DNA of 64,000 bases from Chlamydiota bacterium (GCA_947494155.1 CANLTW010000002.1:32001-96000); one strand, 5' to 3'. Positions 1-10,211 are shown, counted from the first letter of the stretch. The notes: generated by a model not told the origin, from the sequence alone. Made by a program: numbers and translations.

Positions 1-1404
1 GAAACAGATAAAAACCAATCTACTTTCGACGTCTATCAAAAGGCTCTTTTAGAGGCTAAAACCCTCTGTGGTCTTTTCTCAAACGTTCAAGAGGATAAAG
101 CCGAAGAGCGGGTAGCAAAAGCGATCTTCTCTATAGGCCAGCATGTCTGCACGACGAAAGGGCCTAAGACCCCTTTTGAGAAAATGGAGACTTTGGACTA
201 CTTGATTCTCGAGCAACAGTTTGATCTCCTTTCGAGCTACGAAATCTTCTCTTACGAAACTCTAAAGCAAAAAATTTACCAAAGATTAAAGACAACCGAA
301 GCGATTGCAGAAATGGATCATCTACCCGTTTTGATTGCCTCGGTTCATGCAAAAAAGCTCGCTTTAGCCATCGATTTTGAAAAAAAATGGGGAAGAAAAA
401 ACCTGGATGCCTTGAAAAAATTTGTGTCCAAACAGATCGATCTAGAAAAAAACATGCACCCCATCGAGCTAGTGAATCGCATCCTTTTTCTCTATCACGT
501 TAGTGGGCAAAAAGACAAAAAGGCTCAAATAGTCGAGGCGGCATCTGATTACCTCACCTCTTTGTCTACAGACCTCTACTCCCCCTCATTACACCGTTTG
601 GGGCACGAGGTATACCTATTTATCAATAATGAAATCAGAAAAATCAAATCGATGCGGCCACTGACAACACTCAAACAGATTCTTCTTGAAGTGCAACAGA
701 TGTTTTCCTTTGTAGACGATGTTGTAAATATCCCGCCTAACCAAAAAGATCTGCTTGAAATTTTTGTTTTTTCCCACTTTTTTGAGCACCATCCCATTAG
801 AAATCAGATGCAAGGGGATCACGTTGAGATCCTCTCAAGACACCTAGCAAAAACTGCAATTGAAAAAGGGGCAAAAGAATTTCGCCAAACTGTACACACG
901 ACCTACGACAGGATTGTCCGTTATAAAAAACTCCAGATCCCCTCCCCCTTAGAAGATAATTTTTTTCGTGAAGAGACACTGATCGATAAAATTTCGCATT
1001 TTGCTTCTCAAAATGAGCTAGTGCTTGATCTTTGGAGGGCTCCACTTGACCACCCTCTTTACAAGATCGTGAAAAAGAATCTTTTAAAGGAGGAAATCCA
1101 CACCCTTTCTTTCGACGAAAAAGAGCAGATTGTGAGCAAATTTCTCCAGGGATCCCCCCTACTTGAGGGGTATCGCCAATTTTATGTAGAAGAGGTGGAG
1201 TTTTTCAGTAAAATTCATTGGTACACCTCACCCAAAAAAGGGCAAAAAACCCCTTTCGAAAGGTTCTACCAGTGGCATTACGAGCAACTCAAATCTAAAC
1301 ACCCCACCATGAAAGGGCGCGATCTTATCAAGAAAATGGAGGAGCTCACCACCAAAACTCTCCCTTTGATGCCCTCGTATAGAATGCAAGCAGCCGCTGT
1401 TTAA
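1..1404 (+). CDS. Hypothetical helical protein, 5'-truncated by the window edge
   Basis: Frame of ORF 184..1404 is open back to base 1 (ETDKNQSTFDVYQKALLEAK...); no recognisable motif. Confidence 0.75.
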   Translation, partial: ETDKNQSTFDVYQKALLEAKTLCGLFSNVQEDKAEERVAKAIFSIGQHVCTTKGPKTPFEKMETLDYLILEQQFDLLSSYEIFSYETLKQKIYQRLKTTEAIAEMDHLPVLIASVHAKKLALAIDFEKKWGRKNLDALKKFVSKQIDLEKNMHPIELVNRILFLYHVSGQKDKKAQIVEAASDYLTSLSTDLYSPSLHRLGHEVYLFINNEIRKIKSMRPLTTLKQILLEVQQMFSFVDDVVNIPPNQKDLLEIFVFSHFFEHHPIRNQMQGDHVEILSRHLAKTAIEKGAKEFRQTVHTTYDRIVRYKKLQIPSPLEDNFFREETLIDKISHFASQNELVLDLWRAPLDHPLYKIVKKNLLKEEIHTLSFDEKEQIVSKFLQGSPLLEGYRQFYVEEVEFFSKIHWYTSPKKGQKTPFERFYQWHYEQLKSKHPTMKGRDLIKKMEELTTKTLPLMPSYRMQAAAV

Positions 1405-1410
1405 AAAAGC

Positions 1411-2253
1411 TTATTGATTTAGTCGAGCCCTAAAAGGCTCTTGGAGCCTCTCATTATAGGCAAGCGCTAGTATTGTAGCGAAAAGGATTATCAACGGAAT
1501 CGAGAGAATTTGTCCCATGTTTAAAGGTAATCCTAGGGTATAAAAACTTTGGTCTTCTTTAAGGAACTCTACCAAAAATCGTCCGACAGACATCAAAAGG
1601 CCTAAGCTAGAAGCAGCGACCCCGGTCTTGGAACGGTTTTTTAATAGAACGCATCCCAAAAAAAAGAGCGCAAAATAGAATAAGGACTCGTAAATTTGCA
1701 CAGGGTGCCTTGGGTACAACCCAATAGAGGATAAAGATTGGGGTGTTTGGAACACAAGACCCCAAGGGAGCTCGGTTTTTAAACCGAGAATCTCCTGGTT
1801 CATAAAATTCCCTATACGGATACATCCGCCAAGAATCATAGCGCAAGGGAAAATACGATCCAAAAGCTTAAAGAAAGGGATTCTGTAGATATAAACAAAA
1901 AGCAAACAACTAAAAATTGAGCAAAGGATACCGCCGTGACTGGCTAGCCCCCCCTCCCAGAATTTGAATGGGCGCAAGGGATCGTTTTGCAACCAATCAA
2001 GTGATTCGTAGAAAACGATGTGAAATAACCTAGCACCGACTAGAATTCCCACCATCATGAAATTCGTGATTCTTGAGGCGATCTGCTCTCCGGTAAAAAG
2101 AGAAAAAGGGCGCCAATCACACAAGTGCTGGAAAACGCGTAATGCGAGTGCAAAACCTAATCCAAATAGAATTCCGTACCAGGCTATAGGATAATTCAGG
2201 AAAGGGACGAAAAACGCGACGCGTGGAGGATCTACGAAAATATGGAGGATCAT
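1411..2253 (-). CDS. lgt: Prolipoprotein diacylglyceryl transferase
   Basis: WYG, GARLFH, GGLASHGG, RIGNFMNQE, RHPVQIYE, RFLVEF motifs; multi-TM. Confidence 0.96.
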   Translation of the reverse strand: MILHIFVDPPRVAFFVPFLNYPIAWYGILFGLGFALALRVFQHLCDWRPFSLFTGEQIASRITNFMMVGILVGARLFHIVFYESLDWLQNDPLRPFKFWEGGLASHGGILCSIFSCLLFVYIYRIPFFKLLDRIFPCAMILGGCIRIGNFMNQEILGLKTELPWGLVFQTPQSLSSIGLYPRHPVQIYESLFYFALFFLGCVLLKNRSKTGVAASSLGLLMSVGRFLVEFLKEDQSFYTLGLPLNMGQILSIPLIILFATILALAYNERLQEPFRARLNQ

Positions 2254-2633
2254 TTCGTTTCCACAGCATTTCGCTCTGCAACAAAACGTCGCAATCTGAA
2301 TGCAGCTCCACGCATGAGAGCAAAACCGATAGCTACTTGCAGCAGGCCCCTTGCCTCAGTAGGCATCGAAAGCTGCGCAAACAGTACCCCCATTCCCATC
2401 ATGAGTGCGACAAGGAGAAAATCTTTAGGCAAAGGATCCCGGGCAGCGCTTCGGATTAAAATGGTTCTAGACTTGAGCTCCCCAAGCACGTAACCCAAAA
2501 TCAGCAACGAGATGTGGAGCGTGCGGTTTTCGGAGATTGTCCCCAGGTTGCTTGCACCCTTAGTGAAAAGAATCAACCCACCGGCAAGCCATAAAATAAG
2601 GAGAATTATTTTTTGAATACGAATTGAAATCAT
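2250..2633 (-). CDS. Small membrane protein (about 4 TM), likely co-translated with lgt
   Basis: Hydrophobic segments; 4-bp overlap with the lgt start. Confidence 0.65.
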   Translation of the reverse strand: MISIRIQKIILLILWLAGGLILFTKGASNLGTISENRTLHISLLILGYVLGELKSRTILIRSAARDPLPKDFLLVALMMGMGVLFAQLSMPTEARGLLQVAIGFALMRGAAFRLRRFVAERNAVETK

Positions 2634-2717
2634 AGGGTAAACTTAGCAGAAAAACCGATATTTCGCGACAAAAAAACTCTTCACTTATTTGGAGTTGTGG
2701 TTTATAAATGAACTCTT

Positions 2718-3800
2718 ATGAATGTGGCCCTAGCTTTTACACGGATTTTCTTTACAATCTTAAGTGTTTTTTTCATTACCCTCTATTCCATCCAATCCAA
2801 CCAGGGAGATCTTCCTGGTCGATTGATTTTTGGTATTCTCGGGGGGTTTAGCTTCAGCTTGCTTTTGATCGGATTTGACACGTTTTTTAGAAAATTCAAT
2901 TTACGCTCCTTTAACATCGCAATCATCGGCCTTTTTTTAGGTTACCTGATGGGTGAAGCGCTCATTTTAATTCTCAAAGCAATCCTGAGCATTAGCGCGT
3001 TATCGTTTTCTTTGAACATAATCAGCATAGAAATTATTTCGATCTGCCTTTTTCTTTTTGGTACCTACTTGGGTACGATCATGACCTTGCGCTGGTCGGA
3101 TGAGCTTTACGTGAGCATCCCTTTTGTCAAATTTAGCCAGATGAATCAGCGCAGACGGGACATAATGATCGACATAGCCACTTTAATGGATCCCCGATTT
3201 AATGACTTTTGCACAACTCGCCTTTTGGACCAATCGATTCTAGTCCCCCGATTCATCGTGAAAGAGCTCTACGCTCTAATCGAACTTCCTGATGAGAGCT
3301 TCAAGACTAAAGCTCGCAAAGCGATTGAAACGCTTAAAAGGCTTGAGACCCTCCCCGGTTTTGGATTGCGCTACAACGAGACCGATTTTCCCGAAATCAA
3401 AGAAATCGCTCAGAAAATGGTTCGTTTGAGCCGGCTTGTGGACGCTAATATTTTGACTGCCGAATCTAAACAGTACCAATTGAGTGGAGCCGAAGGGGTG
3501 GAAATTATCAACCTCAATTCCCTAGCAGCCGCTCTTAAACCTTTGATGCAATCGGGTGAGTTTATCCACATCAAAGTGCAACGCCAGGGTAAAGAGCCAC
3601 AACAAGGGGTGGGTTACCTTGAGGATGGGACTATGGTAGTGATCAATAATGCGGGTGACGCCATCGGACAGACTATCAGAGCCACTATCCTCTCTTCAAA
3701 ATCCAGCCCCTCCGGAAGAATTATCTTCTGTAATGCAGTCGACAAATCGGGTAGGGAAATCGGCTATTCTTTTGATGATTACCATGACGAGGACGCTTGA
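2718..3800 (+). CDS. Membrane-anchored PIN/TRAM-domain protein (YacL-like)
   Basis: 4 N-terminal TM; PIN-like DIATLMDPR..VPRFIVKEL; TRAM motif GKEPQQGVGYLEDGTMVVI. Confidence 0.88.
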   Translation: MNVALAFTRIFFTILSVFFITLYSIQSNQGDLPGRLIFGILGGFSFSLLLIGFDTFFRKFNLRSFNIAIIGLFLGYLMGEALILILKAILSISALSFSLNIISIEIISICLFLFGTYLGTIMTLRWSDELYVSIPFVKFSQMNQRRRDIMIDIATLMDPRFNDFCTTRLLDQSILVPRFIVKELYALIELPDESFKTKARKAIETLKRLETLPGFGLRYNETDFPEIKEIAQKMVRLSRLVDANILTAESKQYQLSGAEGVEIINLNSLAAALKPLMQSGEFIHIKVQRQGKEPQQGVGYLEDGTMVVINNAGDAIGQTIRATILSSKSSPSGRIIFCNAVDKSGREIGYSFDDYHDEDA

Positions 3801-4141
3801 AAGGGCTGGGAACCGACATTATCGAGATTGGCCGTATCGAGCATGTAATTGAGGAATATGGAGACAGCTTCCTGACGCGCCACTTCACCCCTAGGGAGAT
3901 AGCCTACTGCAAATCTTTTGCTCAACCAGCCGAACGTTTTGCTGGCCGGTTTAGCGCTAAAGAGGCGATTGCAAAGGCCTTAGGGACCGGTTTTTCAAAA
4001 ATAGGGTTTCTGGATATTGAAATTTTAAACGACCCCCTAGGGGCGCCAAAGGTTCAAGTCCATACACTTCCAAATGAGCGGTTTATGCTATCTATCTCCC
4101 ATTGTCGCCGTTTTGCCACGGCAACAGCAATCTGGCTTTAG
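3797..4141 (+). CDS. acpS: Holo-[acyl-carrier-protein] synthase
   Basis: GLGTDIIEI, AGRFSAKEAIAKALGTG, GAP, SISH; TTG start overlapping the upstream stop. Confidence 0.95.
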   Translation: MKGLGTDIIEIGRIEHVIEEYGDSFLTRHFTPREIAYCKSFAQPAERFAGRFSAKEAIAKALGTGFSKIGFLDIEILNDPLGAPKVQVHTLPNERFMLSISHCRRFATATAIWL

Positions 4142-4193
4142 AACCCTGCCACCCGAAATAAAATAAAAAATATTTTATTTTAACACCCCTTTG

Positions 4194-4202
4194 TGCTAGA
4201 AT
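4194..4202 (+). promoter_or_regulatory. Putative extended -10 promoter element (TGcTAGAAT) for the kinase-like gene
   Basis: TGnTAGAAT preceded by an AT-rich tract, about 125 nt upstream of ATG 4327. Confidence 0.4.
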
Positions 4203-4326
4203 GTCCTCTTATTCGGTAAGGATTGGTTCTTGATAAAGCCAATAATTTTTCCGCTACTCCTCTATTTGGGCACCTCCTCCCAACCAAACCGTAATGCGAT
4301 AAGGCAAGAAACTAAGGATAGTTTTT

Positions 4327-5478
4327 ATGATCCAATCGTTCCATTTTGTCGAGCAAATAAGGAGAGATCTTCTGCATTTGCAAGGTATCCAGTTTCTTGA
4401 TGATCAAAGGTACCTAGAGGATATTGCCCAAAAAATTACAGAATACAAGGAAAAATACGAGCGCCTCGACGCCGTTAATAGAGAGATTAAGCAACCTATA
4501 GGTAGCACAAATCTTCTCTATCTTCCCCGTTCGGAGGAGTCTCGTTCCCGTGGCGCTATTCTTCTTGAACTTGGCGTTTTAACGAGATGTGGAGATAAAA
4601 AATCGGCGATATGGGTCAAAGTCCCAAGAAATTACGCTCCGGGCAAACCTCTCAAGTACCGCATTTCTATCTTGAATGACACCGACAAAAAGGAGATCAT
4701 CCAACAATACCAGTCGGTGTATCAAAACGAAAAAACAGTCAGAGACTCTTTGAAAACCTATCCTGGAGCTCTCTTCACAAAAGTTTATCCCACAAAACTA
4801 GCTCTGGAAAAAGCGGTTACCATAAGTAGGTACTACCCAAAACTCAGCCTTTTCATTAAAAGGCGCGACGATTTTGTTGAAAACTCTTTTGCCATAGCAA
4901 AAAAACTCGTTTTCAAATTACGCCTACTCCATCAAAGCGGTTTTGCCCACGGAAATATCTCTCCTGAAAATGTCTATATCTCTTTTGATAAGTCTAAACG
5001 AATCAATTGCGTCTTGGGAAATCTTAAAAATGTAAGGCCTATTAGGGATCGCTCTCTTTTCTACACAACCCCCTCCTACCTCACTTTTCCTGGCATACTA
5101 GCTGCTAGCAAGAAACAGCCGTTCGATGATCTTTTGCATCAAGATTTCTGGGCTTTAGGCTGTACTCTTTTTTACCTTGCTTCCGCAGGAAAACCGTTTC
5201 ATGAAGCTCTACTCGAAGCATTTCAAAGTAAAGTAAAAGACGGAGATCTAGAATTTGCGTATTGGAACTTAATCCTCAAGCACCATCCCAAAAATCACGA
5301 TCTGCTTAAAGAAAAAATTGCTCTTGCAATCACAACCCACATAGATAAGCGTCTACACCCTATCTTTTTTGAGATATTTGATTTAGGCCCTGCAAAAACT
5401 GATCCCCTTTTGTCGATATTGAATCAATTACAACTCCTATCTGAAGAGGATTGGAAACGCTGTTTAAAAGAGCGGTAG
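4327..5478 (+). CDS. Eukaryotic-like Ser/Thr protein kinase fold, probable pseudokinase
   Basis: LHQSGFAHGNISPENV (subdomain VIb), VLGNLK at the DFG position, TTPSY (VIII), DFWALGCTLF (IX). Confidence 0.75.
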   Translation: MIQSFHFVEQIRRDLLHLQGIQFLDDQRYLEDIAQKITEYKEKYERLDAVNREIKQPIGSTNLLYLPRSEESRSRGAILLELGVLTRCGDKKSAIWVKVPRNYAPGKPLKYRISILNDTDKKEIIQQYQSVYQNEKTVRDSLKTYPGALFTKVYPTKLALEKAVTISRYYPKLSLFIKRRDDFVENSFAIAKKLVFKLRLLHQSGFAHGNISPENVYISFDKSKRINCVLGNLKNVRPIRDRSLFYTTPSYLTFPGILAASKKQPFDDLLHQDFWALGCTLFYLASAGKPFHEALLEAFQSKVKDGDLEFAYWNLILKHHPKNHDLLKEKIALAITTHIDKRLHPIFFEIFDLGPAKTDPLLSILNQLQLLSEEDWKRCLKER

Positions 5479-6294
5479 AGGCAAATCCAGCTGGATCAAG
5501 AACCCTTGCCTATTTTGGGGAAACGCCTGGGCTAAAATCCGTCCAAAATACCCAATTGATAGAGCCCCCTCATCAAACAGTTTACAACCCAAAAAAATCT
5601 CGACATCCAGAGCTCGATAGGCGGTAAGGGCGTATCCACGGAATGCGTTCACGTTGATTACCTTATTAGGCCCAAAACCAACTGTTCCTACAAAAGCTAA
5701 ATCCAGGCTTAATCGATCTATCCCAAGCCTTCCCCCCACTGCCGGATCTAACCAGGGGTACCCCCTATTTGCCATACCGAGATCTAGAGCAAGGTAAGGG
5801 GTAAAAAAGGTTCCGTTTTCCCCTAAAAAGTTTTTTAAAACCTCTCCAAAAAGGGAGAAATTTGCTACATCGTTATAAGGGGTTATAGGATCTCTTAGTC
5901 TATTTGTTGGGACAAACTGCACTAAAAATCCCCCATCCAAACCTATGGCGTCCCCATTAAGATCATCTAGGAAAGTTTTTTTAAGATAAAAACCCCCACT
6001 CTCCAAATTAAAGGGGAGCTTTGCTGTTTGGTTAAATGCAAATAGAGCACCAAACTCCAGATAGCTCATTGTGGACATCCAACCACTCAAAACTAACTTA
6101 TTCTCATTGGAACGGTAATTGGCAGGATTGATTGCCCCTTGAATTTTAGGGATATTTGCGTAGCTGTAGGTTGCATCCAAGTGCAACAAATACGGCATAC
6201 TAGGTTCCAACCCCTCCAAAGCCCCCTTCAATGAAAGGGGAGCAAGAAAAACAAAGAACCCAAGAATTTTATATTTGGCTCTCTTAAAACGCAT
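5464..6294 (-). CDS. Secreted, probably outer-membrane beta-rich hypothetical protein
   Basis: Start re-called at ATG 6294 (MRFKRAKYK + hydrophobic signal); amphipathic beta pattern; C-terminal Phe. Confidence 0.65.
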   Translation of the reverse strand: MRFKRAKYKILGFFVFLAPLSLKGALEGLEPSMPYLLHLDATYSYANIPKIQGAINPANYRSNENKLVLSGWMSTMSYLEFGALFAFNQTAKLPFNLESGGFYLKKTFLDDLNGDAIGLDGGFLVQFVPTNRLRDPITPYNDVANFSLFGEVLKNFLGENGTFFTPYLALDLGMANRGYPWLDPAVGGRLGIDRLSLDLAFVGTVGFGPNKVINVNAFRGYALTAYRALDVEIFLGCKLFDEGALSIGYFGRILAQAFPQNRQGFLIQLDLPLPLF

Positions 6295-6302
6295 AAAAAG
6301 CC

Positions 6303-7268
6303 TCAACCAGAAACAGCCGCCGCTTTTACATTTCCCAGATATTTCTCTGCCTCTAAAGCAGCCATACAACCGGAACCTGCAGCAGTAACCGCCTGCCTAA
6401 AACGAAAATCCTGTACGTCTCCGGCAGCAAAAAGCCCCTCTATAGAAGTAGCAGTGCTGTCAGGGTGTGTTTTTATGTAGCCGTTTGGGTGTTTTTCAAT
6501 CTCCATGCTATCGACGAGCTCGGTTAAGGGGGTATGACCAATCGCAAAAAACAGCCCTTTTACCTCTTTTGTAAATTCATGCCCGTTTTGTTTGATTTTG
6601 ATCGCCTCTAATGAGTCATTACCGACCGCCTCCAAGACCTCAGCATTATAAATAATTTCGATTTTCGGATCGTTTTTTACCCTTTCAGCCATAATTTTTG
6701 AGGCTCTCAAAGTATCTCTTCTATGGATTAAGTAGACTTTTTTTGCGTAATGGGTCAAAAAATGGGCCTCTTCACAGGCTGCATCTCCACCGCCTATGAC
6801 AGCAAGATCTTGGTTACGGAAAAAAGGGAGAGCTCCGTCACATACGGCACACGCCGAAACCCCTTTGTTCCACAGCTCATTATCGCCCGCTCCTGGAATG
6901 GGGAGACGGTTAGCCTTCGCACCGGTAGCTAAAATCACCGTTTTTGCCTGTATTATGCCCTTGCTGTACAGCGCCTTGAAACGGATTTGTCCCATCTTGT
7001 TAAGCTCTAAGGAATCGATATCCTCCCCAAGCACCTGGGTACCAAAACGTTCGGCCTGCACCTCCATATTCCGCATAAGATCATGACCCATGATCCCTTT
7101 TGGAAAACCTGGAAAGTTCTCCACATCGGTTGTAGTCATCAATTGCCCGCCCTTCATAAACTTAAACGAACCGGCAGCAACCACTGTCGACAGCCTTGCT
7201 CTTGATGTATAAATGGCCGCTGTCCATGCGGCAGGGCCCGAGCCTATGATGAGAACATCGCATTCCAT
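6303..7268 (-). CDS. trxB: Thioredoxin-disulfide reductase
   Basis: [25 protein letters not shown] redox motif, [20 protein letters not shown]. Confidence 0.97.
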   Translation of the reverse strand: MECDVLIIGSGPAAWTAAIYTSRARLSTVVAAGSFKFMKGGQLMTTTDVENFPGFPKGIMGHDLMRNMEVQAERFGTQVLGEDIDSLELNKMGQIRFKALYSKGIIQAKTVILATGAKANRLPIPGAGDNELWNKGVSACAVCDGALPFFRNQDLAVIGGGDAACEEAHFLTHYAKKVYLIHRRDTLRASKIMAERVKNDPKIEIIYNAEVLEAVGNDSLEAIKIKQNGHEFTKEVKGLFFAIGHTPLTELVDSMEIEKHPNGYIKTHPDSTATSIEGLFAAGDVQDFRFRQAVTAAGSGCMAALEAEKYLGNVKAAAVSG

Positions 7269-7442
7269 GTAGAAAACCAAACTATTTCTTTAAAAAAGTA
7301 TAATAACCTTAAGAGAAAAAAAAATCGACGAAATTCAAAAAACTGGGGTAGAATAGTTCTCTTTCTGAGACCCTTGGTTGGGGTTTCGAGACCTTTTTAA
7401 ACTCCTGCGCTATCGCATACATAATATGGAGGCACCTAAGGA

Positions 7443-8537
7443 TTGAGAAGCATTACTCTTGACCGCGTTTCTATGACAAAACGTGGAAGTAAAATTTTGA
7501 ATGAGGTTTCCCTTAAACTACCCTCCTCTAAGTTTGTTGCCCTGCTAGGTCCTAGTGGCTGTGGTAAGACCACCCTTCTTAGGGCTATTGCCGGCTTTGA
7601 AAAAATTGATAGCGGTCGTATTTTTTTAGGGGAAAACGATATTTCTCATCTTCCGGTTCACCAAAGATCAATGAATTATGTTTTTCAAGATTATGCCCTC
7701 TTCCCCCACCTTACCGTTGAGCAAAATATTGCCTATAGTCTCAAAATTCAGCGTCGACCCAAAGTAGAGATCGAGCAACGTGTCAAAAAATTATTAAAAT
7801 CATTTGACATTGAGCCTCTTTACCACCGCTACCCTGAGGAGCTATCGGGGGGACAACAGCAGCGTGTTGCAATTGCAAGAGCTATTATAGCCGAGCCACA
7901 CGTTCTTTTACTTGACGAACCCTTAGCCGCTCTGGATTTCAAGCTCAGTGAGAGGATGTTAATCGAGTTGATCGATTTGCAGGATTTACTGCAGATGACC
8001 TTCCTTTACGTAACCCATGACCAGCTGGAGGCTTTGACTGTTGCTGATCTAGTGATAGTTATGGGAGCTGGAGGCACTATTGAACAAATCGGCACGCCAA
8101 AAGAGGTGTACGAATTCCCCAAAAATGCGTTTGTCGCAAATTTTGTAGGCTCTACAAATCTGTTTGAAGGGACCATCGAGGAGATTTACGACAAAGAGGT
8201 TGTCTTAAAAAGCACTAGCAACGAGTTCATGAATATCTCTGTTGCAGAAAAACCCTCTTGGCTCCACAAAAACAACACCGCAGTTGCCTCAATTCGCCCC
8301 GAAAAAATTGACATTTCAAAAAAGCCTTTAGCCAATTTCTCAAACAATTTCAAAGGGATTGTAACATCGATTGTCTACGAAGGGATGTCGACCAAATACT
8401 ACGTAAAACTCAATACTGGTCGTAAAATCATTGTTTTTGAACAAAATGAGCACCACTTCATTCGGGACGAAATCAACTACGATGATGAGGTCTATATCTC
8501 TTGGCAAAAAGAGAATGTCGTTTTGATGGAGCGATGA
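7443..8537 (+). CDS. potA: Spermidine/putrescine ABC transporter ATP-binding subunit
   Basis: GPSGCGKT, FQDYALFPHL, LSGGQQQR, LLLDEP, C-terminal TOBE-like region; first gene of a four-gene ABC operon. Confidence 0.9.
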   Translation: MRSITLDRVSMTKRGSKILNEVSLKLPSSKFVALLGPSGCGKTTLLRAIAGFEKIDSGRIFLGENDISHLPVHQRSMNYVFQDYALFPHLTVEQNIAYSLKIQRRPKVEIEQRVKKLLKSFDIEPLYHRYPEELSGGQQQRVAIARAIIAEPHVLLLDEPLAALDFKLSERMLIELIDLQDLLQMTFLYVTHDQLEALTVADLVIVMGAGGTIEQIGTPKEVYEFPKNAFVANFVGSTNLFEGTIEEIYDKEVVLKSTSNEFMNISVAEKPSWLHKNNTAVASIRPEKIDISKKPLANFSNNFKGIVTSIVYEGMSTKYYVKLNTGRKIIVFEQNEHHFIRDEINYDDEVYISWQKENVVLMER

Positions 8538-8538
8538 A

Positions 8539-9459
8539 ATGGAAACAATTGCTCTACCCCAAGACCTGATCCCCTTTAGTAGACCTAAAAACCTTAAAAG
8601 GCTTTTGAAAAAAGAGGCCCCCTTTGGGGTTGGCTCTAGCGCTTTGGTGTGGCAGTTTCTTTTTTTCTATGCCCCCCTTGTCTTGATGCTAATCTCCAGC
8701 TTTTCCCGATTTCACATTGATGGCCACTTTGAAGGTTTCACACTATCCCATTTTAAACAAATTTTGAAGCTCGACTATTTCTTGGTTATTTTTGAATCGC
8801 TAAAATTGGGGTTTACAACCGCATGCATCACCCTCTTTTTAGGATTTCCTCTTGCTTACACGATTGCTCTTAAAGGGGGTCGTTTTAAAAACTTTTTGCT
8901 GTTTTTAGTCATCATCCCTTTTTGGACGAATTTTCTTTTACATATTTATGCCTGGTTTTTTGTTCTTGAAAAAGGGGGCTTTTTAAATCAGCTTTTATTG
9001 ATGACGCACCTGATTAATGAGCCCATCCATTTTTTAAATACAAGTTTTGCAGTGCACTTGATGATGGTTTACTACTACCTGCCCTTCATGACTCTACCCA
9101 TCTACTCATCTTTAGAAAAATTCGATCCCACCCTGATCGAGGCCTCGATGGATTTAGGCGCTACAAAATTCCAAACCTTTCGACGTGTGGTGCTCCCTGT
9201 ATTGATGCCAGCGATTCGGACCGGCTTTTTTTTAGTGTTTATTCCTGCGTTTGGAGAGTTCGTAATCCCAGAGTTGATGGGGGGAGACAAATTCATGTAC
9301 GTTGGATCGGTTGTGTCCCAATTCATCATGGGGGAAAAAACCGCTCCAATAGGGATAGCGTTCACTGTTTTATCGGGAGCCCTTCTTATGGCCAGTTCAT
9401 TTATCCTCTATAAAGGGACCTTTGCCCTCAATCGCTGGCTAACAGGGGGGCATAGATGA
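8539..9459 (+). CDS. potB: Polyamine ABC transporter permease
   Basis: IPFWTNFL, YLPFMTLPIY, EASMDLGA EAA loop. Confidence 0.9.
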   Translation: METIALPQDLIPFSRPKNLKRLLKKEAPFGVGSSALVWQFLFFYAPLVLMLISSFSRFHIDGHFEGFTLSHFKQILKLDYFLVIFESLKLGFTTACITLFLGFPLAYTIALKGGRFKNFLLFLVIIPFWTNFLLHIYAWFFVLEKGGFLNQLLLMTHLINEPIHFLNTSFAVHLMMVYYYLPFMTLPIYSSLEKFDPTLIEASMDLGATKFQTFRRVVLPVLMPAIRTGFFLVFIPAFGEFVIPELMGGDKFMYVGSVVSQFIMGEKTAPIGIAFTVLSGALLMASSFILYKGTFALNRWLTGGHR

Positions 9460-10211
9460 TCCCCCTATTTGTTTTTTCGGTGTACCTGTTTTTATATGTA
9501 CCGATTATTGTTTTAGTCCTTTTTTCGTTTAATTCTAAAAGCTTTCCGTCGCCTTGGGAGGGATTTACCCTTCATTGGTATAAAGAGCTTTTTGAGTCAA
9601 AAGATCTTTGGGCCTCCTTTACCACCTCTTTAACTGTTTCCACCCTTTCGACGCTACTCAGCCTTTTTATGGGTGTCTGCTTTATTTACTACCTGAGCCG
9701 CAAACAAAAAGGGGAAAACCTTGTCCCGCTTTTCTACAGCAATCTGATTGTTCCAGAGCTGGTTCTTGCGATCGGTCTTGTGAGCTATTTCAGCCTTTTT
9801 CAGGTACCTTTAGGATTCCAAACTCTTTTGATCGCCCACACAGTCCTTGGCCTGGGTTTTGCTATACCCATCCTGTTTGTCCGTTTTAAAGAGCTCCCCC
9901 CAAGTCTTGTAGAAGCCTCTTTGATTTTGGGAGCTGGACCCACAAAAACCTTTTTTAAAATTACCCTTCCTCTTTTAAAACCGGCCCTACTTGCCTCTGG
10001 GCTATTGATTTTTGTGATCTCATTTGACGACTTTTTATTTTCGTATTTTTGCGCCGGAACCTCGGTGGAGACCTTATCTCTCTACCTCATCTCTTCAATC
10101 CGTTTTGGCATATCCCCTGTTGTGAATGCTCTCTCTACGATTCTTTTATTTCTTACAATTCCGCTCGCTCTTCTTTTCTTTTCCTCAAAAAAAGGGACGG
10201 AGGTGTTTTAA
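9456..10211 (+). CDS. potC: Polyamine ABC transporter permease
   Basis: YLFLYVPI..FSFN, GFTLHWY, EASLILGA, SFDDF. Confidence 0.9.
   Translation: MIPLFVFSVYLFLYVPIIVLVLFSFNSKSFPSPWEGFTLHWYKELFESKDLWASFTTSLTVSTLSTLLSLFMGVCFIYYLSRKQKGENLVPLFYSNLIVPELVLAIGLVSYFSLFQVPLGFQTLLIAHTVLGLGFAIPILFVRFKELPPSLVEASLILGAGPTKTFFKITLPLLKPALLASGLLIFVISFDDFLFSYFCAGTSVETLSLYLISSIRFGISPVVNALSTILLFLTIPLALLFFSSKKGTEVF

Noticed and set aside
10049..10210. N-terminal extensions from the ORF track (potD; also recR, pdhC, dnaQ, pssA, priA and the 6369 start)
   Set aside because: They overlap upstream genes or lack family similarity; downstream ATGs fit RBS or coupling better
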